Made by a program: the position numbers and the translations under genes. 64,000 nt of DNA from positions 1-64,000 of IMG/VR virus record IMGVR_UViG_3300005805_000070; one strand, written 5' to 3'. The notes under the pieces were generated by a model. That model did not search any database. It was not told where the DNA came from and saw only the letters and a list, made by a program, of their open reading frames with translations. Of this stretch, positions 8,118 through 19,200 are shown piece after piece (positions within the stretch are counted from its first letter, which is position 1; each line of letters begins with the position of its first letter). This DNA comes from a virus. Its lineage: Duplodnaviria > Caudoviricetes.

Positions 8118-8642
8118 ATCCAGTTTCTCCATTATGATTTGTTTTGGTAGAAAATTCCAGCAATAGTAACTGCTGCTGAACGTAATCTTATCATTTGGGC
8201 GTCCATCAGGACTATGAAACTTCATCCGCTTATCAAACATCAACAGTTGCAGATCCTTATCCTTGAACAACTGCTTCGGAGCACTATCATTCAACCAAGT
8301 ATTGGTCATAACCAGAGCAAATGGTTTGTTAAATGAGAGAGCACGTTCAAAGAACTTTCGCTTGTTTGTGAACGGTGGATTTGAAACAATCACATCCCAG
8401 TTATGGTATTCTGGTTCATATGTGAGAAAATCGCACCCATCGTTAATGTGTGAATAGATAACTTCATTCTGTTCACCAATTTGTTTGACAAACTCACTGT
8501 CAGCAGTGTCAAATGGGCACCAAACAACCGCTCCTTTGGGAATGTATTTGAGAATAGGAGTTACCCCGTATGCAGGAGTGTAGCATTCATCATTATTCCC
8601 TTCGGAATACATCAGTTTGCCGCTATCCAGGTCTTTACCCAT
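8061..8642 (-). CDS. orphan phage-type N6-adenine DNA methyltransferase
   Basis: DECYTP, WCPFD and VIVSNPPF (motif IV). Confidence 0.8.
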   Translation of the reverse strand: MGKDLDSGKLMYSEGNNDECYTPAYGVTPILKYIPKGAVVWCPFDTADSEFVKQIGEQNEVIYSHINDGCDFLTYEPEYHNWDVIVSNPPFTNKRKFFERALSFNKPFALVMTNTWLNDSAPKQLFKDKDLQLLMFDKRMKFHSPDGRPNDKITFSSSYYCWNFLPKQIIMEKLDVPAGKLAQRTRSEAVLPL

Positions 8643-8643
8643 C

Positions 8644-9120
8644 TCACGCCACCATCAAACGATTTGGAAAGTATTTTATCACATTCTCTTGCAATTTACA
8701 ACCACTTTTTTCACTCAGGTACTCAAGATATAGCGTTTCTTCTTGCTCTCGTGCCTCTATTTCGTGTGGTTGATGCCAATAATCGTACTTTTCCACTGGT
8801 TCTTTAGAATAACACAATTTTCCATAACGCAACTGCAGCGAACCCACCACCCACTGGCGCAGGTGAACCAGTTCATGCAAAAGAGTTTGTATATACAACT
8901 CTTTATCCATGTAGGTGTTAAGTTCAATCAGAAACTCACGGGGACGATAAGATCCCCCAGCAACATCACAATAACCATAAACACCTTCACGTCGTAGACC
9001 ACGATGTAGAATCTCTACATCAATCTTATGACGTGGAAGAAATCTATTCAGAAACCAAGTGGTAACGTCCTCACAGAGGCGTTTAGAATAACCGTATCCA
9101 GAATACGTGATGTAAGACAT
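8644..9120 (-). CDS. zincin/SprT-like metallopeptidase
   Basis: LLHELVHLRQ (HExxH) and downstream PHEIEAR. Confidence 0.75.
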   Translation of the reverse strand: MSYITYSGYGYSKRLCEDVTTWFLNRFLPRHKIDVEILHRGLRREGVYGYCDVAGGSYRPREFLIELNTYMDKELYIQTLLHELVHLRQWVVGSLQLRYGKLCYSKEPVEKYDYWHQPHEIEAREQEETLYLEYLSEKSGCKLQENVIKYFPNRLMVA

Positions 9121-9266
9121 TGACCCCAATGCAAAAACCAAATGAACGAAGAAATGAAGATGAGTTTATGAGTCGTAGTCATCAGGTGTTTCGATTAAGT
9201 TTCCAATAAAGACTCCTAGAGGAATGCCCAACAGAATCCATACAAATAACCAAGTCAGCATTGTCA

Positions 9267-9665
9267 TCAGCAAGCAAATGTTAAACCACCAATTGCACCA
9301 CCAAGTACAGTTGCCCAACCATAATTTTGGGGATGACCACTTGCAGCAGCGCGACCGATTGCTCCTCCCAAAGCAGTACCTAAAAGTGTTCTTGTAGGAT
9401 TGCAATTCGGATTGGTAGCACGACCATAACCACCACCGCCACCATAATACTGATTAGTGGAGCGATATCCCTGATTTACATTGTTGCAGGGAACATTGTA
9501 AGTTTGCACACTCACACCACCAGGAATGTAATTGCCGTAGCGATCATATCCGCCAGGTTGATAAACTTCTTGGTTCTGTGTACAAACTGCAAAATTATTT
9601 ACTTGCTGTGCTTGTACTGGAACAGAGAAAAGTGTAAGTGGAAGAAGTAAAAATAGTTGTTTCAT
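9267..9665 (-). CDS. secreted glycine-zipper 2TM protein
   Basis: Signal peptide; LLGTALGGAIG and VLGGAIGG motifs. Confidence 0.75.
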   Translation of the reverse strand: MKQLFLLLPLTLFSVPVQAQQVNNFAVCTQNQEVYQPGGYDRYGNYIPGGVSVQTYNVPCNNVNQGYRSTNQYYGGGGGYGRATNPNCNPTRTLLGTALGGAIGRAAASGHPQNYGWATVLGGAIGGLTFAC

Positions 9666-9668
9666 TGT

Positions 9669-10118
9669 TCAGCGAAGATAAAGATAACCACCTGCCCAAT
9701 CAGCGTGTTGCAGCAACCACTCACGTTGCTCAATGATGCGGAGGTCAAAGCGAACACCTTTAGCAGGTGCTTTCCAACTGGCAGACTTATAAACCTCACC
9801 AGTCTTTTTATCTATAAAAGCGTGAACGGAGCGAGAACCACCACCATCAACAAAGATGATTTTGTGATACTTGCGACCCGTTTCAGGATAGAAATTAACA
9901 GGAGAAATACCCTGCTTCAGTTTTTCAATCTGCTCTTGATGATAACCAGGAGTAGCATCAAACCGATGTTGCTCACGCTGATGCCCCCTGATGGCGGTTT
10001 CCAGGTAGTTCTGCCGTAGTGCCTCACAGAGGGCGTAGGTGTGTCCCAGAACGGCGTTGGCGATGTTCTGCCGCGCTTCTTGCTGGGCAGAGTAGTCAGC
10101 GAAGGTCGTGGTGGTCAT
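9669..10118 (-). CDS. conserved phage hypothetical protein (VHAFIDKKTGEVYK.ASWKAPAK)
   Basis: ORF track, start trimmed to lie downstream of the promoter. Confidence 0.75.
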   Translation of the reverse strand: MTTTTFADYSAQQEARQNIANAVLGHTYALCEALRQNYLETAIRGHQREQHRFDATPGYHQEQIEKLKQGISPVNFYPETGRKYHKIIFVDGGGSRSVHAFIDKKTGEVYKSASWKAPAKGVRFDLRIIEQREWLLQHADWAGGYLYLR

Positions 10119-10146
10119 CGGGGGTTGTTCCCTTGTGTATGTAAGT

Positions 10147-10204
10147 ATTATAGGGCGCCCAAGGGCACCCACAGGGTTCAGTATGCCAGTTCTTCGTCTG
10201 GCAC
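10147..10204 (-). promoter_or_regulatory. early promoter, dyad 10183-10204, TATAAT 10147-10152
   Basis: Read directly. Confidence 0.7.
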
Positions 10205-10303
10205 CCAGTAGTCATCGGAACCTAGATAACCCATCCAATCTGCAGGATCGGAACCATAGATTTCGATCTCACGGATTTCTTCAATCAACTCAGTCAGATT
10301 CAT
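10178..10303 (-). CDS. 41-aa acidic protein (MNLTELIEEIREIEIYGSDPADW...)
   Basis: Hand-translated; SD GAGGA. Confidence 0.7.
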   Translation of the reverse strand: MNLTELIEEIREIEIYGSDPADWMGYLGSDDYWVPDEELAY

Positions 10304-10327
10304 GGAGAGTTCCTCAACTACTTAATC

Positions 10328-10386
10328 ATCATAGCAAAAAACCCCTTCTTTGGGAAGGGGTCGTGTGCCAGTTAGTTTAGCGTCAT
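10328..10386 (-). promoter_or_regulatory. early promoter TTCCCA-N17-TATGAT with dyad, overlapping the terminator ACCCCTTC/GAAGGGGT-TTTTT
   Basis: -10 at 10328-10333, dyad 10365-10386. Confidence 0.75.
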
Positions 10387-10787
10387 TTATTCATTTGCAA
10401 AGTAGGAACGGGCATTCCACCTTCAGTGGGAACATAGATGGTTACATTACCATTTTTGCTACCATCTTCCAGACCAGTAATATACAGATACTGAAGATAC
10501 TCACGATTATCTTTCAGGCTATCACCAATGATTTGGTTTGCTTTAGCAACACCAGTAGCACGAATCACTTCAGCATCAGCAAGTTGTTGAGCACTATCTT
10601 TTTTTGCTTGTGCTTCAAGAACTGCAACCTGGCGAGTATATTCTGCCTTCTGCAGTTCTGCTTTACCTTGGAGAGATTGTGCCCACACATTGTAGAGAGG
10701 ACCAACCACTGCGTTAATTACAAACAATGAGAGAATAAACGAAGCACCAATAATCGTGGCGTTACGCATAGTATTGTCTTGTGTCAT
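10383..10787 (-). CDS. membrane protein resembling the SPFH/prohibitin C-terminal coiled coil
   Basis: TM helix plus AEVIRATGVAKANQIIGDSL...YLQYLYI...IYVPTE. Confidence 0.65.
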   Translation of the reverse strand: MTQDNTMRNATIIGASFILSLFVINAVVGPLYNVWAQSLQGKAELQKAEYTRQVAVLEAQAKKDSAQQLADAEVIRATGVAKANQIIGDSLKDNREYLQYLYITGLEDGSKNGNVTIYVPTEGGMPVPTLQMNK

Positions 10788-10972
10788 TTTGAAGATACGT
10801 TAGCTTTGAAAATAAGATTGGCAAGAAAGACCATAGCAAAAGTTTGCCAGATCGAAAAATTGAAACCAAACCAAGTCAGAATCAATTGTAGCAATGCTGC
10901 CTCAAAGAATAGACCAGCAACAGCAAGAACAACTATACCGAAGGCAAAACCAAGAGCAGTAGAAGTTTTCAT
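10784..10972 (-). CDS. small two-TM membrane protein
   Basis: Almost entirely hydrophobic. Confidence 0.7.
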   Translation of the reverse strand: MKTSTALGFAFGIVVLAVAGLFFEAALLQLILTWFGFNFSIWQTFAMVFLANLIFKANVSSK

Positions 10973-10975
10973 AAA

Positions 10976-11362
10976 TCAAGCAGCAAGGGCACCAGAGGGA
11001 ATTTCAACGATTTCGGGCAGTTTGCTATCATCAAACTGATTCATATTGTAGCACACCCATTCACCGTTACGGAAGACATAAGCATACTCTTCACTGTTAT
11101 CGGGAAGGAGATACTCACACAGGTCTTTATCAAGGCGAGGAGGGCAATTCTCACCACGAGCACTATAATACTCGGGTTGATTGTCTTCATTCCAGCACGT
11201 GCTCATATCACCACCATCAATCAGTTCGGCGGCAAGTTCTTTACTATTATAATGCGTTTTCAGGATACGACCCAACCAGGACTCATATCCATCCCAGTGG
11301 TGATAGGAAGAGAGAATAGAACCGTCAGACAGTTCGATACCAATGCGAGAGCGGGTTGCCAT
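10976..11362 (-). CDS. conserved phage hypothetical protein (TRSRIG...HWDGY)
   Basis: ORF track, start trimmed. Confidence 0.75.
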   Translation of the reverse strand: MATRSRIGIELSDGSILSSYHHWDGYESWLGRILKTHYNSKELAAELIDGGDMSTCWNEDNQPEYYSARGENCPPRLDKDLCEYLLPDNSEEYAYVFRNGEWVCYNMNQFDDSKLPEIVEIPSGALAA

Positions 11363-11388
11363 TGGGGGCGTTTGTTGATTACCCACAT

Positions 11389-11447
11389 ATTATAAGGGGT
11401 TCCCAGTGCCCTGAGAACCCCCTATGTGCCAGTTGTCAAACTGGATC
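11389..11447 (-). promoter_or_regulatory. early promoter, dyad 11426-11447, TATAAT 11389-11394, GGGG/CCCC hairpin
   Basis: Read directly. Confidence 0.7.
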
Positions 11448-11658
11448 AATCATCATAAACTCTACACTCAGAAGCATCAGGATGAGTGTCGCAATATAAC
11501 TCAAGTGGCGTTGGATCGTGAGTCTCTCCAGGATGATTGTCTTTATATGCCTTCAATGCTTCTAATTCTTCCTCAGTATGTCTCCTTGCCTGTGGAGAAA
11601 TAGTGGGATCACTCAAAAGATCTTCGTCCTTTTGGATGTGTTGATCGATGTTTTCCAT
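11446..11658 (-). CDS. cp12: CP12 Calvin-cycle inhibitor (auxiliary metabolic gene)
   Basis: C-terminal LELYCDTHPDASECRVYDD motif; ATAAATA at 11680-11686 upstream. Confidence 0.92.
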   Translation of the reverse strand: MENIDQHIQKDEDLLSDPTISPQARRHTEEELEALKAYKDNHPGETHDPTPLELYCDTHPDASECRVYDD

Positions 11659-11690
11659 AGTTTTGTAACGTGATGATAATATTTATTTAA

Positions 11691-12663
11691 TTAATCACTT
11701 AATTTAGAACCTCTCCAATTTCTTGGTTCTGGATCGGCACATTTTCCCTCTAAAGATCTTACCATCAATTCGGCAAATTTTTCCATTTTTTCTGCAGAAA
11801 CTGTCTGTGGTGCATATGTAATTGCATCTTTAAGGGCAACAAGTTCATTCCATTCTTCTTTTGTAAGAACTTCCGTACCAGTTTTTGCAAGAGTCATAGG
11901 TGATTTGCGATTTGACTCAATGTTAGCATTACAATACAATACTATCTAGAAACTTAATGTTTTCTTTGGGATCGTGTTACAAATCTTCATTAATTTCTTG
12001 AAAGATCATTTTATATATTTTACCATTTTTTGATCGATAAAACAATTGTTGAGATGGTTTATCATATCCAATGTTTTCAGGTTCAATACTTTCAACAAAT
12101 TCTGAAAGTAATCCTCTGTCAGTTTCTCTTCGATAGAACCAAACATCAAAATTTTCATCTTCTTTAGATCCAGGAAAGAATCGGAATGATCCTTTCCTGG
12201 TAACTGTGAATTTACCCTCAAAACCTTCAGGAATCATCACCGCCACCAAAAAATGTTCCGAAGAATCCAGAATCACCTGGTTTGCGTTCTTCCAACTTAT
12301 CAATTAACTTATCAGCACTGATAAGATTATCAATTTGCATCACCATATCAGCAATATGTTTAGCGATAAAAGGTTTTTCTTGGCGGGCAGCATATGCCAA
12401 TGCATTTCGAAGAGATCCTTCTGCTTCCCGCAAACTTGTTTCTACAGATTCAGATAATGCCATTAATACTTAACCTCAGGGCTATTTTCACATTTTTCAT
12501 AGAAAATTCCGTTTTTATAGCAGGATTTTCCAGGTTCATAATATTTTACCACAGATGGTGGTTCTTGTCTAAAGTTGCAAAGATCTCCTTGTTTTGTTAT
12601 GAAGTTATCAAAACAAAGACCAGCAACAAAAGGAGCGAGAAGTTGAATTGTATACATCAACAC
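11691..12663 (-). CDS. four small hypothetical ORFs (11691-11897, 11977-12237, 12227-12463, 12463-12663)
   Basis: ORF track with trimmed starts. Confidence 0.65.
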
Positions 12664-13379
12664 TCATCCATTTTAATAGTTTCCTTCATCCAGAAACCAT
12701 CAGCGGTCATAATATATCCAGCAGCAATCATTTCATCATAGGTTGGTGCTTTCTTTTCAACTTTTTTAAGAAGATAAGAACCATCACCTTGATCTACCCA
12801 CTCCACTTGGTCACCCTCTTTAAGATCCGCTGCCTCTAACAGGTCATCGGGAAATGCAACATAATACTCATCTTTACCAGTTTCAGCATCTTGAACTTCT
12901 TCAACGGGAAGAACCCACTTCTTTACTTTACTATTTTGAATATCCATCTCTGCTCGCTTATTGTAATATTCTGCCTCACGCAGATTATATTCACGACACT
13001 TATCTTTCTCTTGATCTGATGCCGCCTTATCGCACATCGCATTCAGTTCTTCTTCAGTATAACGAAGTGCTTCCATATCACTATGCCCCCAAGGAGGCAT
13101 AATATCTTCTACTTTATATTCTTCTGGATAATGAGTTGCTTCCCACTCATCCCATTTTGCTGCATTTTCATCTTTAACAGGACGATGACCACTCAATAGT
13201 TCCAGAAGACCATAAGCACGACTGCAATGGTCTTTATAATAGTAATAGTCTTCACGCACTGCTTCACGAATCGCAGAATAGATTTCGTGAGGTGATGCTT
13301 CACCAGTGCTCAATGCATCATGTACCCACTCTTGCAATTTTTCGAGTGAATACTTTTTATAATCAAAGTCGGAGGTCAT
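12657..13379 (-). CDS. protein with a C-terminal AbrB/MazE/SpoVT-like DNA-binding domain
   Basis: YYVAFPDDLLEAADLKEGDQVEWVDQGDGSYLLKK. Confidence 0.7.
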   Translation of the reverse strand: MTSDFDYKKYSLEKLQEWVHDALSTGEASPHEIYSAIREAVREDYYYYKDHCSRAYGLLELLSGHRPVKDENAAKWDEWEATHYPEEYKVEDIMPPWGHSDMEALRYTEEELNAMCDKAASDQEKDKCREYNLREAEYYNKRAEMDIQNSKVKKWVLPVEEVQDAETGKDEYYVAFPDDLLEAADLKEGDQVEWVDQGDGSYLLKKVEKKAPTYDEMIAAGYIMTADGFWMKETIKMDEC

Positions 13380-13818
13380 CGAGTTTGCTCTGAACTGCTT
13401 GCTGTACTATAACCTGAATCTCTTTAGAAGTCAATCCATTTAACCATTTCCAATTAGGATCTTGTTTGTCCCATTCCATTGTAAATGAACCATCTTCATT
13501 TTCTGTTATTTTAAGTGAATCTTCCATCAATCTCTTGGTTTTGGTTTGTTACATTCATTACAATAAAAAGAAAACCCAGACTTAAATGCTCTTACATCTT
13601 GGAAATACTTTATGCAAAGTGGTTTGACTTCACCACATTTACTGCACTTCCTTTCTGTATAACTTACGCACTCGTTTGAGTTCTTTGAGTTCCATTTTAA
13701 TATTCTTGTAAGCAGTTTCTGCATCTATCTTTCCTCCCATTTCTAAAGCACAGATAACATCTACTCTGGTTCCAAAGTGTGCAAGTGCTGTTTCGAGTTT
13801 GTCTAGATCTTCATACAT
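13363..13818 (-). CDS. three small ORFs: 13363-13527 (54 aa), 13527-13724 (CxxC..CxxC Zn ribbon, start uncertain), 13639-13818 (59 aa)
   Basis: Track plus hand translation. Confidence 0.6.
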
Positions 13819-14108
13819 TAAAGATTTTCCTCTTGTTCAGTGAGAATTACACAGTCGCTGGTGGGATATGCTACACAAGTTAGCACCCAACCATCAGCAA
13901 TCTGGTCATCATCAAGGAAGGATTGCTCCTCGTTATCAACAGTACCGCTAACAAGTTTGCCAGCACAGGCACTACAAGCACCAGCACGACAGGAAGAAGG
14001 AAGGTCAATACCCGCCTCTTCGGCAGCGTCAAGGATGTATTGGTCATCAGGGCACTGAATAGTTTGCTCAGTGCCGTCAGGGGATTGAAGAGTGATAGAA
14101 TAGTTCAT
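13818..14108 (-). CDS. petF: plant-type [2Fe-2S] ferredoxin
   Basis: [16 protein letters not shown]...LTCVAYP (Cx4Cx2C...C). Confidence 0.97.
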   Translation of the reverse strand: MNYSITLQSPDGTEQTIQCPDDQYILDAAEEAGIDLPSSCRAGACSACAGKLVSGTVDNEEQSFLDDDQIADGWVLTCVAYPTSDCVILTEQEENL

Positions 14109-15770
14109 GAATCTTCAGGTGTAAAGTTTTTTAAATTATAAGGTTCTGATGCTAAAATGTCAATCCTTGCTTCCAAACTGTTGGCAATTTCATACAAAGA
14201 ATTAGTTTGTTCTATATTTTCTTCTTCTAAAACTTTAATGCGATCTTCTAATTCAATTAGTTTTTCATAAAAATTAGATCCATCACATATCATTTCCTTT
14301 TTAGATGGAGAAAAAAACCACTTAATAAATTTAATCATTATGATTAAGTCTCCTTATTTCACTTTGAACCCACATCATATCTTCTTGAAGTTTAATAATT
14401 CGCTCATCAAAAGATTTAATCCATTCTATGATCATATATTCTTCCCCAGTGTCATCATTTTTTATAGTGTAATAATAATCTTGAGTATCTTCAGATTCAT
14501 AAGGATACAAACGCGACTCTAAATCAGAAATTATATTCCAAAGCAATATTCTGATTTTTCTAATCATAATACACCTACAGACTTTAAATAATTTCTATAT
14601 GCCATATAACGTCTTATGCTTGGTTGATCTTTAACATTCAATTGATGACAGATCTCACAATAACATAACCACTCATACCAGGGGGTTGTAGGATCTAAAA
14701 CATGATAAGGATAATCAGAGTTTTCCATCTACTGTTCCCGAATGAACTTTTTCGGGTTCAGGCCAACCTTCCTGCCGTCCTTTAAGATAAAAACGGGTTC
14801 CTGATATACATTGGTCTTCAGTGAGAGCCGTGACCAATCCATTTCCCTCTTTGTCCCAGGAGTGCCAGAGTCCATACTTTTTTTCAGCAACATAGAAGCA
14901 TTCATCAATTAGTTTCGGTTCCATTCTTTTTATTAAATCCAAAGGGTAGATTCTCTGCTTCTTTTTCAGTACGAAGTTTTTGTGCTAGGGTACAAACATT
15001 CTCAGCAACTTTGAGAATGTCTTCTACCTTAGTGTCATCAGGCAGACGACCTTTCACATACTCATAGATGGGAAAGAATACATCTGCTGCTTCAGCAACT
15101 TCTTCAACTGTCAGTGGTTTTGTATTCATTGGGTCGTTTCAAATCAGGATGTTGTGAGTATAGTGGACCTTGATAGTCACCAGAATGAAGTTTTTTGAGT
15201 GCTTCAACAACTTCGGGAGTTTCTTCCCAATTCCACTCATTTCCATTCTTGTCTGTAAAAGTTCTAATCGTCATACTTGTAACTCAGTTTAATTTCATTC
15301 TTTTTGAGTTTGTAACGCTCAATGTGCTTCTTACGATGTTCTTCACTTTGAAAATAACACTTGCGAGTTTCTTTTCCATCTTTATGAACGAGTTTCCAGG
15401 GAAACTGATCAAATGGAAATTCTTCTGTGTAGTCCATTACCTTGGTTGTTCACGCCTTTGATCATAGCAAAGATCAAAGATTTCGTCAAGCACGGCACTA
15501 CACTCCCAATATTCTTTGGTATCGTGAAGGCATTTTTCAAGTTGATAACGACGAACGGCAGTTTGAATTAACCGCCACTGATCTGCTCTTAATTTCATTT
15601 TTTACCTACAATAAAATTTTTACCTTCATCAAATCCCAAATTATAAGCAATTTCCAACCATTTTTGTATGATTTTAGATTTTTCAAATGGATCTGGGCAA
15701 TTGAATTCCGTCCTAACTTTCGGTTGAATTTCATCAAACCAAGTTTGAAAATTTTTATAGTTCATTTTTT
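14105..15770 (-). CDS. cluster of about 9 small hypothetical ORFs (e.g. 14105-14338, 14331-14567, 14564-14728, 14715-14942, 14905-15129)
   Basis: Track plus partial hand translation; tightly coupled. Confidence 0.6.
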
Positions 15771-16278
15771 AAAAATAATTAAAGTTTATAACAACTCTAA
15801 CTTTTTCGTCAGTGCAAGTTGATCCTGTATGCATCAATCTAGAATCAAATATAGCCATTCTATTTTCAACACTGTCAACAACTGCACCATCCTCAAAAGC
15901 AGTATAACCATTATTTGTATTCATATACAAAATGGCAGTTTTGGATTTATTATCTTCTTTTAAGTTTAAAATATCAATATGATATCCATGCTCGATGTGC
16001 CTTTCTGTCCTAGTCAATAGATTTGCCTTGATACGCATAATAGAAGTTGGATTGATAACTTCTATTATGGGTACTATCTCATTATAATATTGGCTTCTGG
16101 GGGAAAACCCATCATAAAAAGTATGGGTGAATTGATAATTATTTGGGTGTTGATCATTATCATCAACTACACCATCATTATAATACCAAGGGAAATCACT
16201 TCCATTGATCATCAGGGTCTGAAGTTCTTTGAAATATTCTTCACTCAAATAATCATCGATTACTTTTATTAAGTCCAT
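15769..16278 (-). CDS. 2OG-Fe(II) oxygenase
   Basis: HxD (GYHID), MHTG and R-V-V-I-N-F-N. Confidence 0.85.
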   Translation of the reverse strand: MDLIKVIDDYLSEEYFKELQTLMINGSDFPWYYNDGVVDDNDQHPNNYQFTHTFYDGFSPRSQYYNEIVPIIEVINPTSIMRIKANLLTRTERHIEHGYHIDILNLKEDNKSKTAILYMNTNNGYTAFEDGAVVDSVENRMAIFDSRLMHTGSTCTDEKVRVVINFNYF

Positions 16279-16284
16279 ATTTTA

Positions 16285-19200
16285 TTAATGTAATTTTAGA
16301 TAAACTGGTTTATCAGTATCGAATGTCGTCCACTTTGCTATTTTAAGGCACATTAGCAAAGTTTGGTGTTCACGATTATATAGTTCCCAATCACCTTTGC
16401 ACATAGCATTATATCTACGTTGATAGGCACACTGCCAAACATTACGAAATATCTTATCTTTTTCAGTCATTGTCCCAAGGTGCTTTACGGTTCATAAGTT
16501 CTCTAACTCTCTCCACTATAGCAGGATCTGGTGGTTGATTCAAACGTTCCACAAGAGCATCAAAGTCTTTTTGTGGCAATACAATCCTCTCAGGTTTTGC
16601 ACCTTTACCCCAGAATTGTTCAAATGCCCATTGATAATTCATATCAAGATATCCACCATTCAATGAACTCCAGAATGAATTCCAAATATAGTAATCATCA
16701 AAACGGAATCCCTGATGAGACATTAACCTATACCACCACCAAAATGGCGTATAACGAAGAAACCTATTTGAGATAATCCACTTGTTGATTAAGACCATCT
16801 ACCCAACCTCAACTTGCGTTCAGGTGAAATATAAGGATTATATGGATCATCATAAGGAAAAATATACTCACACATCCATCCCCAACTGAGTGCCTCCCAG
16901 AAGTCATCATATCCAAAATGATCCATTGTAACACGACAATCAATAATATACTCAATATGACGAAAACCCTCAATAAACCATTCCCATTTGGTCATCTGCC
17001 AGTATTCTTTCCAGGTCATTTTTTACCCTCCAAGATGTCAAGTTGTTCAGAAGCATAAGAACAAAAGTCATACTCATCACCAACATCACATCGTCCTGCG
17101 GCAACATCAACATCAATCAGATAGTCATCAAATGCCAGAAATACCTGAATGGCACGGCGTTTGTCGTGCTCTGTGATGGCAGTATGAGGAGATGCAATAA
17201 TTTTGGTTACAATCTCAAAAAGTTCTTTTTTATCCACAATTAGGCATCCAGAGTGTAGAGAGTTTGTTCTTCTTTGCAGTGATGTTGAAGTGGTCAACCT
17301 GACCATTTTTATGATAGATTCCACACCAGAGGAACCCATCATCCATCATCTCAAAGTGTATCATATCTATGTCCTTGACGACAATCTCATCAGGGTTCTT
17401 TTCGTCGTTCATTGTTTTTCCATCGCAGCATTCTGGACAATCTGTGAGAGTTCCATCAGTTCCTGTTTCATTTCAGGTGTAGATGTCTTTGCGACCTCAT
17501 CATAAAACACTGTGAGTGCCGTTGTCAAGAGAATTAGTTGTCGGTATGTGAGGTTCATTGATAAGGATTCTTGAGATTATCTAGAATTGCACCAAAGAAA
17601 GCAATACGATCTTTGTCGTATTCTACATCAACTGAATGAGAATTGCAAAAATCTACAATAGATTTTTCAGTTTGAGTTGGAGAATAAGATTCACGGAACC
17701 TAGAATAAGTGATGTGTTCCTTAAACTCCCTTCGCATAATTTCAAAAAGAGTATGCAGTTCTTGTTGCGAGAGTTCTACTTCTCGTTCGGTTGGCGAATG
17801 CCCTTTGAATTTGATATTCATTTCAGTTCTCCATAAAGTTCCAGAATACGACGAGCAACAACGATAGAAAGTTGTTTGTTGCCGATAGACATATCTTCAG
17901 TAATGTTTTTAGAACCTTCTTCGTGTCTTTGTTCACTGGACTTGATATAAACTCCACCATTATCAGCATTGAGTTCTACACGATAAGTCATTCCTTCCAC
18001 TTCGTCACAAAGTTCATAAACATCAGTTAAACTATGAAGAATGTCGGTTCCAGGAACAATGTTGTAGGGTTGAAAAATCATCGTAATAATGGGTGTTTAT
18101 GGGTGTATTATAGGGTATTAACAAGGTTTGTGGAGTTCCCGTGTGCCAGTTTAGAAAGTGTCCTATGAGAGGTTAAAGTGTAAATGAGTTTGCCAAGTTC
18201 CAATAGTTTTATCCCGAAGCATATTTGCAATCAGGTGAGGAATAAATCGCGTATACTTATCCAGAAACTCTCGCTCTGTAAGTTCATCACATCCGCGTAG
18301 ATAATGATCATAACGAACAAAGTTTGCAAATCTTTCATACTCATAATCTCTTTCTCCATTAAGGTCATAACGGCAGATTTGTAACCAAATAGATCTACCT
18401 TCACCAGTCGCACAGTAATCAATCGCAAAGAAACGATAGAGTGGTTGTTCCCTTTCTTGTCGTTCAATTTCTGCAAGTTCTTTCATAGCATCATCATACT
18501 TGTGAATTGCTTCCATTCCACATTCAAGTGCTTTCTTCCGTGATTCTTCGTTCATTGTTTTGTCTCACTCGTTCAAGATATTCATTACCCTGTTGATGCA
18601 ATGCTTCAATCAGTGCGTTGATGTCATCAATAGAAACTACATCAAACTCATCATTGAGGTTCTCACACCGTATGGCATCAAGCATACATTCAAGTGTCAT
18701 TGCCTGCATATGTTCTGGTGTGATTGGTGTCCCGTGAGGAAGAGAAGCACATTCATCATTGTAGAAGGCATTATATCGTGAAAGAACTGTTCTACTTCTT
18801 TCCTCTCGTTCCCATTGATCCTTCTCAATTTCAGCAAGACGAAGCATAGCATCACCGTGCTTCTCATAGAGTTCATCAAGAGCATCAAGAGCCTTGCGTT
18901 CTGCTTCACGGCGTTCAGCTTCCTCAAACATTGCATCAGGGTATGGTTCTTGATTTCTCATAAGTTCTCTCAGCTTCTGTTTGCCGTATTCCGTTAATTC
19001 GTGTTTTTTGTTGCGGAGTTCTTCTACTTCCTCTTGTGTGAGATTGACCCACGGCATATCATCGTTCATTTGAGAAACTCTCCTGAAATGCTTTCCATCC
19101 TTCATCTAATTGTTTCTCTGCCCATCCCCATTGCCCGTGCTCAAATCCATCAATCTGGGCACATTCAATCTCATCTTTAATGAGACGGCGGAGCATTGTA

